Below are positions 42,509 to 54,241 of a stretch of 64,000 nt of DNA, one piece after another. The notes under the pieces were generated by a model. The model searched no databases and had not been told where the DNA came from. It saw nothing but the letters and a program-made list of their open reading frames with translations. The translations under genes were made by a program, and so were the position numbers. Numbering within the stretch: the stretch's first letter is position 1; each line of letters begins with the position of its first letter. The stretch spans positions 142,848,001-142,912,000 of the forward strand of contig OZ024743.1 of assembly GCA_964016885.1 (NCBI GenBank), read 5' to 3'. Source of the stretch: Eledone cirrhosa. Its lineage: Eukaryota.

Positions 42509-45500
42509 ATTTGGTGCTTGGTGCTTGGTGTTTGGTGTTTGGCGCTTGGTGCTTGGTGTTTGGTGCTTGGTGCTGCTTGGTGTTTGGTGCTTGGCGTTTG
42601 GTGCTTGGAGCTTGGTGCTTGGTTTTTGGTGCTTGGTGCTTGGTGCTTGGTGCTTGGTGTCTGGTGCTTGGTGTTTGGTGCTTGGTGTTTGGTGCTTGGT
42701 GCTTGGTGCTTGGTGTTTGGTGCTTGGTGTTTGGTGCTTGGTGCTTGGTGCTAGGTGTTTGGTGTTTAGTGTTTGGCGCTTGGTGCTTGGTGTTTGGTGA
42801 TTGGTGCTTGGTGTTTGGTGTCTGGTGATTGGTGCTTGGTGTTTGGTGTTTGGTGCTTGGTGCTTGGTGTTTGGTGTTTGGTGCTTGTCGCTTGGTGTTT
42901 GGTGTTTGGTGATTGGCGTTTGCTGTTTGGCGTTTGGGGTTTGGCATTTGCTGTTTGGCGTATGGGGCTTGGCGTTTGCTTTTTGGTGTTTGCTGTTTGG
43001 TGTTTGGTGCTTGGTGTTTGGTGTTTGGTACTTGGTGTTTGGTGCTTGGTGTTTGGTGTTTGGTGCTTGGCGCTTGGTGTTTGGTGTTTGGCGCTTGGCG
43101 TTTGCTGTTTGGCGTTTGGGGTTTGGCATTTGCTGTTTGGCGTTTGGGGTTTGGCGTTTGCTTTTTGGCGTTTGCTGTTTGGTGTTTGCTGTTTGGTGTT
43201 TGCTGTTTGGTGTTTGCTGTTTGGTGTTTGGTGTTTGGTGTTTGCTGGTTGGTGTTTGGTGTTTGGTGTTTGCTGTTTGGTGTTTGCTGTTTGGTGCTTG
43301 GTGCTTGGTGCTTGGTGTTTTGTGCTTGGTGTTTTGTGTTTGGTGCTTGGTGCTTGGGGTTGGGTGTTTGGTGCTTGGTGTTTGCTGTTTGGTGCTTGGT
43401 GCTTTGTGTTTGGTGCTTGGTGCTTGGTGCTTGGTGCTTGGTGCTTGGTGCTTAGTGCTTGGTGTTTGGTGTTTAGTGCTTGGTGCTTGGTGTTTGGTGT
43501 TTGGTGCTTGGTGCTTGGTGTTTGGTGCTTGGTGTTTGGTGCTTGGTGCTTGGTATTTGGCGCTTGGTCTTTGGTGCTTGGTGTTTGGTGCTTGGTGCAT
43601 GGTGCTTGGTGTTTGGTGCTTGGTGCTTGGTCCTAGGTGTTTGGTGTTTAGTGCTTGGTGCTTGGTGATTGGTGCTTGTTGCTTGGTGCTTGGTGTTTGG
43701 TGCTTGGTGCTTGGTGTTTGGTGTTTTGTGTTTGCTGTTTGCTGTTTGGTGTTTGCTATTTGGTGTTTGCTGTTTGGTGTTTGCTGTTTGGTGTTTGCTG
43801 TTTGGTGTTTGGTGTTTGGTGTTTGGTGCTTGGTGCTTGGTGCTTGGTGTTTGGTGTTTGGTGCTTGGTGCTTGGTGTTTGGTGTTTGGTGCTTGGTGCT
43901 TGGTGTTTGGTGCTTGGTGCTTGCTGGTTGGCGTTTGGTGTTTGGTGTTTGCTGTTTGGCGTTTGGTGTTTGGCGTTTAATGTTTGGCGTTTGGTGTTTG
44001 GTGTTTGGTATTTGCTGGTTGGTGTTTGGTGTTTGGTGTTTGCTGTTTGGTGTTTGCTGTTTGGTGTTTGCTGTTTGCTGTTTGGTGTTTGGTGTTTGGT
44101 TTTTGCTGTTTGGTGTTTGGTGCTTGGTGTTTGTTGCTTGGTGCTTGGTGTTTGGTGTTTAGTGCTTGGTATTTGGTGCTTGGTGTGTGGTGTTTGGCGC
44201 TTGGTGCTTGGTGTTTGGTGCTTGGTGCTTGGTGTTTGTTGTTTGGTGTTTGTTGTTTGGTGCTTGGTGTTTGGTGCTTGGTGCTTGGTGTCTGGTGCTT
44301 GGTGTTTGGTGCTTGGAGTTTGGTGCTTGGTGCTTGGTGCTTGGTGTTTGGTGCTTGGTATTTGGTGTTTGGTGCTTGGTGCTTGGTGTTTGGTGTTTGG
44401 TGCTTGGTGCTTGGTGTTTGGTGTTTGGTGCTTGGTGCTTGGTGTTTGGTGTTTGGTGTTTGGTGTTTGGTGTTTGGTACTTGGTGCTTGGTGCTTGGTA
44501 TTTGGTGCTTGGTGCTTGGTGTTTGGTGTTTGGCGCTTGGTGCTTGGTGTTTGGTGCTTGGTGCTTGGTGTTTGGTGTTTGGTGCTTGGTGTTTGGTGCT
44601 TGGAGCTTGGTGCTTGGTTTTTGGTGCTTGGTGCTTGGTGCTTGGTGCTTGGTGTCTGGTGCTTGGTGTTTGGTGCTTGGTGTTTGGTGCTTGGTGCTTG
44701 GTGCCTGGTGTTTGGTGCTTGGTGTTTGGTGCTTGGTAGTTGGTGCTAGGTGTTTGGTGTTTGGTGTTTGGCACTTGGGGCTTGGTGTTTGGTGATTGGT
44801 GCTTGGTGTTTGGTACTTGGTGCTTGGTGCTTGGTGTTTGGTGTTTGGTGCTTGGCGCTTGGTGTTTGGTGTTTGGCGCTTGGCGTTTGCTGTTTGGCGT
44901 TTGGGGTTTGGCATTTGCTGTTTGGCGTTTGCTGTTTGGTGTTTGCTGTTTGGTGTTTGGTGTTTGGTGTTTGCCGGTTGGTGTTTGGTGTTTGGTGTTT
45001 GCTGTTTGGTGTTTGCTGTTTGGTGCTTGGTGCTTGGTGTTTGGTGTATGGTGCTTGGTGCTTGGTGCTTGGTGTTTGGTGCTTGGTGCTTGGTGTTTGG
45101 TGCTTGGGGCTTGGTGCTTGGTGTTTGGTGCTTGGTGTTTGGTGTTTGGTGCTTGGTACTTGGTGTTTGGTGTTTGGTGCTTGGTGTTTGCTGTTTGGTG
45201 CTTGGTGCTTTGTGTTTGGTGCTTGGTGCTTGGTGCTTGGTGCTTGGTGCTTGGTGTTTGGTGTTTGGTGCTTGGTGCTTGATGTTTGGTGTTTGGTGCT
45301 TGGTGCTTAGTGTTTGGTGCTTGGTGTTTGGTGCTTGGTGCTTGGTGTCTGGTGCTTGGTGCTTGGTGCTTGGTGTTTGGTGCTTGGTGTTTGGTGCTTG
45401 GTGTTTGGTGCTTGGTGTTTGGTGTTTGGTGCTTAGTGCTTGGTGTTTGGTGCTTGGTGCTTGGTGCTTGGTGTTTGGTGCTTGGTGCTTGGTGCTTGGT

Positions 45501-46155
45501 GCTTGGTGTTTCGTGTTTAGTGCTTGGTGCTTGGTATTTGGTGTTTGGTGCTTAGTGCTTGGTGTTTGGTGTTTGGTGCTTGGTGCTTGGTGTTTGGTGT
45601 TTGCTGTTTGCTGTTTGTTGTTTGGTGATTCGTGATTGGTGTTTGATGTTTGGTGTTTGGTGTTGGGTGTTTGGTGCTTGGGGCTTGGTGTTTGCTCTTT
45701 GGTGCTTGGTGATTGGTGTTTGGTGTTGGGTGCTTGGTGCTTGGTGTTTGGTGCTTGGTGCTTGGTGCTTGGTGATTGGTGCTTTGTGTTTGTTGCTTGG
45801 TGCTTGGTGCTTGGCGATTGGTGCTTGGTGCTTGGTGTTTGATGTGGTGCTTGGTGTTTGGTGTTTGGTATTTGGTGCTTGGTGCTTCATGCTTGGTGTT
45901 TGGTGTTTGTTTTATGGTGCATGGTGTTTGGTGCTTGGGATTTGGTGCTTGGTGCTTGGTGTTTGGTGTTTGGAGTTTGGTACTTGGTGCTTGGTGTTTG
46001 TGTTTGGTGCTTGGTGCTTGGTGTTTAGTGTTTAGTGATTGGTGCTTGGTTCTTGGTGTTTGGTGCTTGGTGCTTGGTGATTGGTGTTTGGTGCTTGGTG
46101 CTTGGTATTTGGTGCTTGGTCTTTGGTGCTTGGTGTTTGGTGCTTGGTGCTTGGT

Positions 46156-49100
46156 GCTTGGTGTTTGGTGCTTGTTGCTTGGCGTTTGGTGCTTGGTGCT
46201 TTGTGCTTGGTGTTTGGTGCTTGGTGCTTGGTGCTTGGTGTTTGGTGTTTAGTGCTTGGTGCTTGGTGATTGGTGCTTATTGATTGGTGCTTGGTGTTTG
46301 GTGCTTGGTGTTTGGTGTTTGGTGTTTGGTGTTTGCTGTTTGCTGTTTGGTGTTTGCTGTTTGGTGTTTGTTGTTTGGTGTTTGCTGTTTGGTGTTTGCT
46401 ATTTGGTGTTTGGTGTTTGCTGTTTGCTGTTTGGTGTTTGGTGTTTGCTGTTTGGCGTTTGGTGTTTGGCGTTTGCTGTTAGGCATCTGGTGGCTGGCAT
46501 TTGCTGTTTGGCGTTTGTTGTTTGGTGTTTGCTGTTTGCTGTTTGGTGTTTGCTGTTTGCTGTTTGTTTGGTGTTTGCTGTTTGGTGTTTGGTGTTTGCT
46601 GTTTGCTGTTTGGTGTTTGGTGTTTGGTGTTTGCTGTTTGGTGTTTGGTGTTTACTGTTTGGTGTTTGGTGTTTGTTGTTTGGTGATTGGTGTTTGCTGT
46701 TTGGTGTTTGGTGTTTGGTGATTGGTGTTTGCTGTTTGGTGTTTGGTGCCTGGTGTTTGGTGTTTGGTGATTGGTGCTTGGTGCTTGGTGTTTGGTGCTT
46801 GGTGCTTGGTGCTTGGTGCTTGGTGCTTGGTGCTTGGTGTTTGGTGTTTGGTGCTTGATGCTTGGTTTTTGGTGTTTGGTGATTGGTGTTTGGTGTTTGG
46901 TGCTTGGTGCTTGGTGCTTGGTGCTTGTTGTTTGGTGCTTGGTGCTTGGTGCTTGGTGTTTGGTGTTTAGTGTTTGCTGTTTGGTGTTTGGTGTTTGCTG
47001 TTTGGTGTTTGCTATTTGGTGTTTGCTGTTTGCTGTTTGCTGTGTGGTGTTTGGTGTTTGGTGTATGATGCTTGGTGCTTGGTTTTTTTCTCTTTGGTGC
47101 TTGGTGCTTGGTGTTTGGTGCTTGGTGCTTGGTGTTTGGTGTTTGGTGATTGGTGCTTGGTGTTTGCTGTTTGGTGCTTGGTGCTTGGTGTTTGGTGCTT
47201 GGTGCTTGGTGCTTGCTGCTTGGTGGTTGGTGCTTGGTGCTTGGTGTTTGGTGCTTGGTGCTTGGTGCTTGGTGTTTGGTGCTTGGTGCTTGGTGCTTGG
47301 TGTTTGCTGTTTAGTGCTTGGTGCTTGGTGTTTGCTGGTTGGTGTTTGGTGTTTGGTGTTTGCTGTTTGGTGTTTGCTGTTTGGAGTTTGGTGTTTGCTG
47401 TTTGGTGTTTGGTGATTGGTGCTTGGTGTCTGGTGCTTGGTGTTTGGTGCTTGGTGTTTGGTGCTTGGTGCTTGGTGCTTGGTGTTTGGTGCTTGGTGCC
47501 TGGTGCTTGGTGCTTGGTATTTGGTGTTTGGTGGTTGGTGCTTGGTGTTTGGTGTTTGGTGCTTGGTGCTTGGTGTTTGGTGTTTGGTGCTTGGGGCTTG
47601 GTGTTTGGTGTTTGGTGTTTGGTGTTTGGTGTTTGGTGCTTGTTGCTTGGTGCTTGGTATTTGGTGCTTGGTGCTTGGTGATTGGTGCTTGGTGCTTGGT
47701 GTTTGGTGTTTGGTGCTTGGTGTTTGGTGCTTGGAGCTTGGTGCTTGGTTTTTGGTGCTTGGTGCTTAGTGCTTGGTGTCTGGTGCTTGGTGTTTGGTGT
47801 TTGGTGTTTTGTGGTAGGTGCTTGGTACTTGGTGTTTTGTGTTTGGTGCTTGGTGCTTGGTGCTTGGTGCTTGGTGTTTGGTGCTTGGTGCATGATGCTT
47901 GGTGCTTGGTGCTTGGTGTTTGGTGTTTAGTGCTTGGTGCTTGGTATTTGGTGTTTGGTGCTTGGTGCTTGGTGTTTGGTGTTTGGTGCTTGGTGCTTGG
48001 TGTTTGGTGTTTGCTGCTTGGTTCTTGGTGTTTGGTGATTGGTGCTTGGTACTTGGTGTTTGGTGCTCGGTGCTTGGTGCTTGGTGTTTCATGCTTGGTG
48101 CTTGGTGTTTGGTCTTTGGCACTTGGTGCTTGGTGTTTGGTGCTTGGTGCTTGGTGTTTGGTGTTTGGTGTTTGGTGCTTGGTGCTTGGTGCTTGGTGTT
48201 TGGTGTTTGCTGCTTGGTTCTTGGTGCATGGTGCCTGGTGTTTGGTGTTCGGAGTTTGGTACTTGGTGCTTGGTGTTTGGTGTTTGGTGCTTGGTGCTTG
48301 GTGTTTGGTGTTTAGTGCTTGGTGCTTGGTGTTAGTTGTTTGGTGTTTAGTGCTTGGTGCTTGGTATTTGGTGTTTGGTGCTTGGTGCTTGGTGTTTGGT
48401 GTTTGGTGCTTGGTGCTTGGTGTTTGGTGTTTGCTGCTTGGTTCTTGGTGCTTGGTGCCTGGTGTTTGGTGTTCGGAGTTTGGTACTTGGTGCTTGGTGT
48501 TTGGTGCTTGGTGCTTGGTGTTTGGTGTTTAGTGATTGGTGCTTGGTGTTTGGTGTTTGGTGCTTGGTCCTTGGTGTGTGGTGCTTGGTCCTTGGTGCTT
48601 GGTTTTTGGTGCTTGGTGCTTTGTGCTTGGTGCTTGGTGTTTGGTGCTTGGTGCTTGGCGTTTGGTTCTTGGTGCTTGGTGCTTGGTGTTTGGTGCTTGG
48701 TGCTTGGTGCTTGGTGTTTGGTGTTTAGGGCTTGGTGCTTGGTGATTGGTGCTTGTTGCTTGGTGCTTGGTGTTTGGTGCTTGGTGCTTTGTGTTTGGTG
48801 TTGGGTGTTTGCTGTTTGCTGTTTGGTGTTTGCTGTTTGGTGTTTGCTGTTTGGTGTTTGCTGTTTGGTGTTTGGTGTTTGGTGTTTGCTGTTTGGTGTT
48901 TGGTGTTTGCTGTTTGGTGTTTGGTGTTTTGTGTTTGGTGTTTAGTGTTTGCTGTTTGGTGTTTGGTGTTTGGTGTTTGGTGTTTGGTGCTTGGTGCTTG
49001 GTACTTGGTGTTTTGTGTTTGGTGCTTGGTGCTTTGTGCTTGGTGCTTGGTGGTTGGTGCTTGGTGTTTGGTGTTTGGAGCTTGGTGCTTGGTGTTTTGT

Positions 49101-52100
49101 GCTTGGTGCCTGGTGATTGGTGTTTGGTGTTTGGTGCTTGGTGTTTGGTTGTTTGGTGTTTGGTGTTTGTGTTTGCTGTTTGGCGTTTGCTGTTTGGTGT
49201 TTGCTGTTTGGTGTTTGCTGGTTGGTGTTTGCTGTTTAGTGTTTGGTGTTTGGTGTTTGGTGTTTGGTGCTTGGGGCTTGGTGTTTGCTCTTTGGTGCTT
49301 GGTGATTGGTTTTTGGTGTTTGGTGCTCGGTGCTTGGTGTATGCTGTTTGGTGCTTGGTGCTTGGTGCTTGGTGCTTGGTATTTGGTGTTTGGTGCTTGG
49401 TGCTTGGTGTTTGGTGTTTCGTGCTTGGTGCTTGGTTCTGGGTGCTTGGTGCTTGGTGTTTGGTGTTTGGTGCTTGACGCTTGGTGTTTGGTGCTTGGGG
49501 CTTGGTGATTGGTGTTTGGTGCTTGGTGATTGGTGCTTGGTGTTTGGTGTTTGGTGCTTGGTGCTTGGTGTTCGGTGTTTGGTGCTTGGCGTTTGGGGTA
49601 TGGCGTTTGCTGTTTGGCGTTTGGGTTTTGGCATTTGCTTTTTGGCGTTTGGTGCTTGGCGTTTGCTGTTTGGTGTTTGCTTTTTAGTGTTTGGTGTTTG
49701 GTGTTTGCTGGTTGGTGTTTGGTGCTTGGGGCTTGGTGTTTGGTGCTTGGTGCTTGGTGCTCCGTGTTTGGTGCTTGGTGTTTGGTGTTGGTTCTTGGTG
49801 TTTGGTGCTCGGTGCTTGGTGCTTGGTGTTTGGTGCTTGGTGCTTGGCGCTTGGTGTTTGGCGTTTAGTGCTTGGTGCTTGGTGTTTGGTGTTTGGTGCT
49901 TGGTGCTAGGTGTTTGGTGTTTGGTGCTTGGTGCTTGGTGTTTGGCGTTTCGTGCTTGGCGCTTGCTGTTTGGCGTTTGGTGTTTGGCGTTTGCTGTTTG
50001 GCGTTTGGTGTTTGGCGTTTGATGTTTGGCGTTTGCTGTTTGGTGTTTGGTGTTTGGTGTTTGCTGTTTGGTGTTTGCTGTTTGGTGTTTGGTGTTTGCT
50101 GTTTGGTGTTTGGTGTTTGGTGTTTGCTGTTTGCTGTTTGGTGTTTGGTGTTTGGTGTTTGGTGCTTGGTGCTTGGTGCTTGGTATTTGGTGCTTGGTGC
50201 TTATTGTTTGGTGTTTGGCGCTTGGTGCTTGGTGTTTGGGGCTTGGTGTTTGGTGCTTGTTGCTTGGCGTTTGGTGCTTGGTGCTTTGTGCTTGGTGTTT
50301 GGTGCTTGGTGCTTGGTGCTTGGTGTTTGGTGTTTAGTGCTTGGTGCTTGGTGATTGGTGCTTATTGATTGGTGCTTGGTGTTTGGTGCTTGGTGTTTGG
50401 TGTTTGGTGTTTGGTGTTTGCTGTTTGCTGTTTGGTGTTTGCTGTTTGGTGTTTGTTGTTTGGTGTTTGCTGTTTGGTGTTTGCTATTTGGTGTTTGGTG
50501 TTTGCTGTTTGCTGTTTGGTGTTTGGTGTTTGCTGTTTGGCGTTTGGTGTTTGGCGTTTGCTGTTAGGCATCTGGTGGCTGGCATTTGCTGTTTGGCGTT
50601 TGTTGTTTGGTGTTTGGTGTTTGCTGTTTGCTGTTTGGTGTTTGCTGTTTGCTGTTTGTTTGGTGTTTGCTGTTTGGTGTTTGGTGTTTGCTGTTTGCTG
50701 TTTGGTGTTTGGTGTTTGGTGTTTGCTGTTTGGTGTTTGGTGTTTACTGTTTGGTGTTTGGTGTTTGTTGTTTGGTGATTGGTGTTTGCTGTTTGGTGTT
50801 TGGTGTTTGGTGATTGGTGTTTGCTGTTTGGTGTTTGGTGCCTGGTGTTTGGTGTTTGGTGATTGGTGCTTGGTGCTTGGTGTTTGGTGCTTGGTGCTTG
50901 GTGCTTGGTGCTTGGTGCTTGGTGCTTGGTGTTTGGTGTTTGGTGCTTGATGCTTGGTGTTTGGTGTTTGGTGATTGGTGTTTGGTGTTTGGTGCTTGGT
51001 GCTTGGTGCTTGGTGCTTGTTGTTTGGTGCTTGGTGCTTGGTGCTTGGTGTTTGGTGTTTAGTGTTTGCTGTTTGGTGTTTGGTGTTTGCTGTTTGGTGT
51101 TTGCTATTTGGTGTTTGCTGTTTGCTGTTTGCTGTGTGGTGTTTGGTGTTTGGTGTATGATGCTTGGTGCTTGGTTTTTTTCTCTTTGGTGCTTGGTGCT
51201 TGGTGTTTGGTGCTTGGTGCTTGGTGTTTGGTGTTTGGTGATTGGTGCTTGGTGTTTGCTGTTTGGTGCTTGGTGCTTGGTGTTTGGTGCTTGGTGCTTG
51301 GTGCTTGCTGCTTGGTGGTTGGTGCTTGGTGCTTGGTGTTTGGTGCTTGGTGCTTGGTGCTTGGTGTTTGGTGCTTGGTGCTTGGTGCTTGGTGTTTGCT
51401 GTTTAGTGCTTGGTGCTTGGTGTTTGCTGGTTGGTGTTTGGTGTTTGGTGTTTGCTGTTTGGTGTTTGCTGTTTGGAGTTTGGTGTTTGCTGTTTGGTGT
51501 TTGGTGATTGGTGCTTGGTGTCTGGTGCTTGGTGTTTGGTGCTTGGTGTTTGGTGCTTGGTGCTTGGTGCTTGGTGTTTGGTGCTTGGTGCCTGGTGCTT
51601 GGTGCTTGGTATTTGGTGTTTGGTGGTTGGTGCTTGGTGTTTGGTGTTTGGTGCTTGGTGCTTGGTGTTTGGTGTTTGGTGCTTGGGGCTTGGTGTTTGG
51701 TGTTTGGTGTTTGGTGTTTGGTGTTTGGTGCTTGTTGCTTGGTGCTTGGTATTTGGTGCTTGGTGCTTGGTGATTGGTGCTTGGTGCTTGGTGTTTGGTG
51801 TTTGGTGCTTGGTGTTTGGTGCTTGGAGCTTGGTGCTTGGTTTTTGGTGCTTGGTGCTTAGTGCTTGGTGTCTGGTGCTTGGTGTTTGGTGTTTGGTGTT
51901 TTGTGGTAGGTGCTTGGTACTTGGTGTTTTGTGTTTGGTGCTTGGTGCTTGGTGCTTGGTGCTTGGTGTTTGGTGCTTGGTGCATGATGCTTGGTGCTTG
52001 GTGCTTGGTGTTTGGTGTTTAGTGCTTGGTGCTTGGTATTTGGTGTTTGGTGCTTGGTGCTTGGTGTTTGGTGTTTGGTGCTTGGTGCTTGGTGTTTGGT

Positions 52101-54241
52101 GTTTGCTGCTTGGTTCTTGGTGTTTGGTGATTGGTGCTTGGTACTTGGTGTTTGGTGCTCGGTGCTTGGTGCTTGGTGTTTCATGCTTGGTGCTTGGTGT
52201 TTGGTCTTTGGCACTTGGTGCTTGGTGTTTGGTGCTTGGTGCTTGGTGTTTGGTGTTTGGTGTTTGGTGCTTGGTGCTTGGTGCTTGGTGTTTGGTGTTT
52301 GCTGCTTGGTTCTTGGTGCATGGTGCCTGGTGTTTGGTGTTCGGAGTTTGGTACTTGGTGCTTGGTGTTTGGTGTTTGGTGCTTGGTGCTTGGTGTTTGG
52401 TGTTTAGTGCTTGGTGCTTGGTGTTAGTTGTTTGGTGTTTAGTGCTTGGTGCTTGGTATTTGGTGTTTGGTGCTTGGTGCTTGGTGTTTGGTGTTTGGTG
52501 CTTGGTGCTTGGTGTTTGGTGTTTGCTGCTTGGTTCTTGGTGCTTGGTGCCTGGTGTTTGGTGTTCGGAGTTTGGTACTTGGTGCTTGGTGTTTGGTGCT
52601 TGGTGCTTGGTGTTTGGTGTTTAGTGATTGGTGCTTGGTGTTTGGTGTTTGGTGCTTGGTCCTTGGTGTGTGGTGCTTGGTCCTTGGTGCTTGGTTTTTG
52701 GTGCTTGGTGCTTTGTGCTTGGTGCTTGGTGTTTGGTGCTTGGTGCTTGGCGTTTGGTTCTTGGTGCTTGGTGCTTGGTGTTTGGTGCTTGGTGCTTGGT
52801 GCTTGGTGTTTGGTGTTTAGGGCTTGGTGCTTGGTGATTGGTGCTTGTTGCTTGGTGCTTGGTGTTTGGTGCTTGGTGCTTTGTGTTTGGTGTTGGGTGT
52901 TTGCTGTTTGCTGTTTGGTGTTTGCTGTTTGGTGTTTGCTGTTTGGTGTTTGCTGTTTGGTGTTTGGTGTTTGGTGTTTGCTGTTTGGTGTTTGGTGTTT
53001 GCAGTTTGGTGTTTGGTGTTTTGTGTTTGGTGTTTAGTGTTTGCTGTTTGGTGTTTGGTGTTTGGTGTTTGGTGTTTGCTGGTTGGTGTTTGCTGTTTAG
53101 TGTTTGGTGTTTGGTGTTTGGTGTTTGGTGCTTGGGGCTTGGTGTTTGCTCTTTGGTGCTTGGTGATTGGTTTTTGGTGTTTGGTGCTCGGTGCTTGGTG
53201 TATGCTGTTTGGTGCTTGGTGCTTGGTGCTTGGTGCTTGGTATTTGGTGTTTTGTGTTTGGTGCTTGGTGCTTTGTGCTTGGTGCTTGGTGGTTGGTGCT
53301 TGGTGTTTGGTGTTTGGAGCTTGGTGCTTGGTGTTTTGTGCTTGGTGCCTGGTGATTGGTGTTTGGTGTTTGGTGCTTGGTGTTTGGTTGTTTGGTGTTT
53401 GGTGTTTGTGTTTGCTGTTTGGCGTTTGCTGTTTGGTGTTTGCTGTTTGGTGTTTGCTGGTTGGTGTTTGCTGTTTAGTGTTTGGTGTTTGGTGTTTGGT
53501 GTTTGGTGCTTGGGGCTTGGTGTTTGCTCTTTGGTGCTTGGTGATTGGTTTTTGGTGTTTGGTGCTCGGTGCTTGGTGTATGCTGTTTGGTGCTTGGTGC
53601 TTGGTGCTTGGTGCTTGGTATTTGGTGTTTGGTGCTTGGTGCTTGGTGTTTGGTGTTTCGTGCTTGGTGCTTGGTTCTGGGTGCTTGGTGCTTGGTGTTT
53701 GGTGTTTGGTGCTTGACGCTTGGTGTTTGGTGCTTGGGGCTTGGTGATTGGTGTTTGGTGCTTGGTGATTGGTGCTTGGTGTTTGGTGTTTGGTGCTTGG
53801 TGCTTGGTGTTCGGTGTTTGGTGCTTGGCGTTTGGGGTATGGCGTTTGCTGTTTGGCGTTTGGGTTTTGGCATTTGCTTTTTTGGCGTTTGGTGCTTGGC
53901 GTTTGCTGTTTGGTGTTTGCTTTTTAGTGTTTGGTGTTTGGTGTTTGCTGGTTGGTGTTTGGTGCTTGGGGCTTGGTGTTTGTACTTGGTGCTTGGTGCT
54001 CCGTGTTTGGTGCTTGGTGTTTGGTGCTTGGTTCTTGGTGTTTGGTGCTCGGTGCTTGGTGCTTGGTGTTTGGTGCTTGGTGCTTGGCGCTTGGTGTTTG
54101 GCATTTAGTGCTTGGTGCTTGGTGTTTGGTGTTTGGTGCTTGGTGCTAGGTGTTTGGTGTTTGGTGCTTGGTGCTTGGTGTTTGGCGTTTCGTGCTTGGC
54201 GCTTGCTGTTTGGCGTTTGGTGTTTGGCGTTTGCTGTTTGG
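46156..54241 (-). repeat. HOR tandem duplication D: about 46156-50240 copied at about 50241-54241 (offsets 4085, 4092, about 4239)
   Basis: ORF pairs 46256/50341 (+4085), 46771/50863, 47318/51410, 48354/52446 (+4092), and 49306/53545 (+4239). Markers TTAGGCATCTGGTGGCTGGC and GGTTTTTTTCTC are shared. Confidence 0.94.

Noticed and set aside
42194-43600. ORFs crossing the junction with a hydrophilic half and a hydrophobic half
   Set aside because: This is a direct consequence of the strand flip, and there is no independent evidence of coding.
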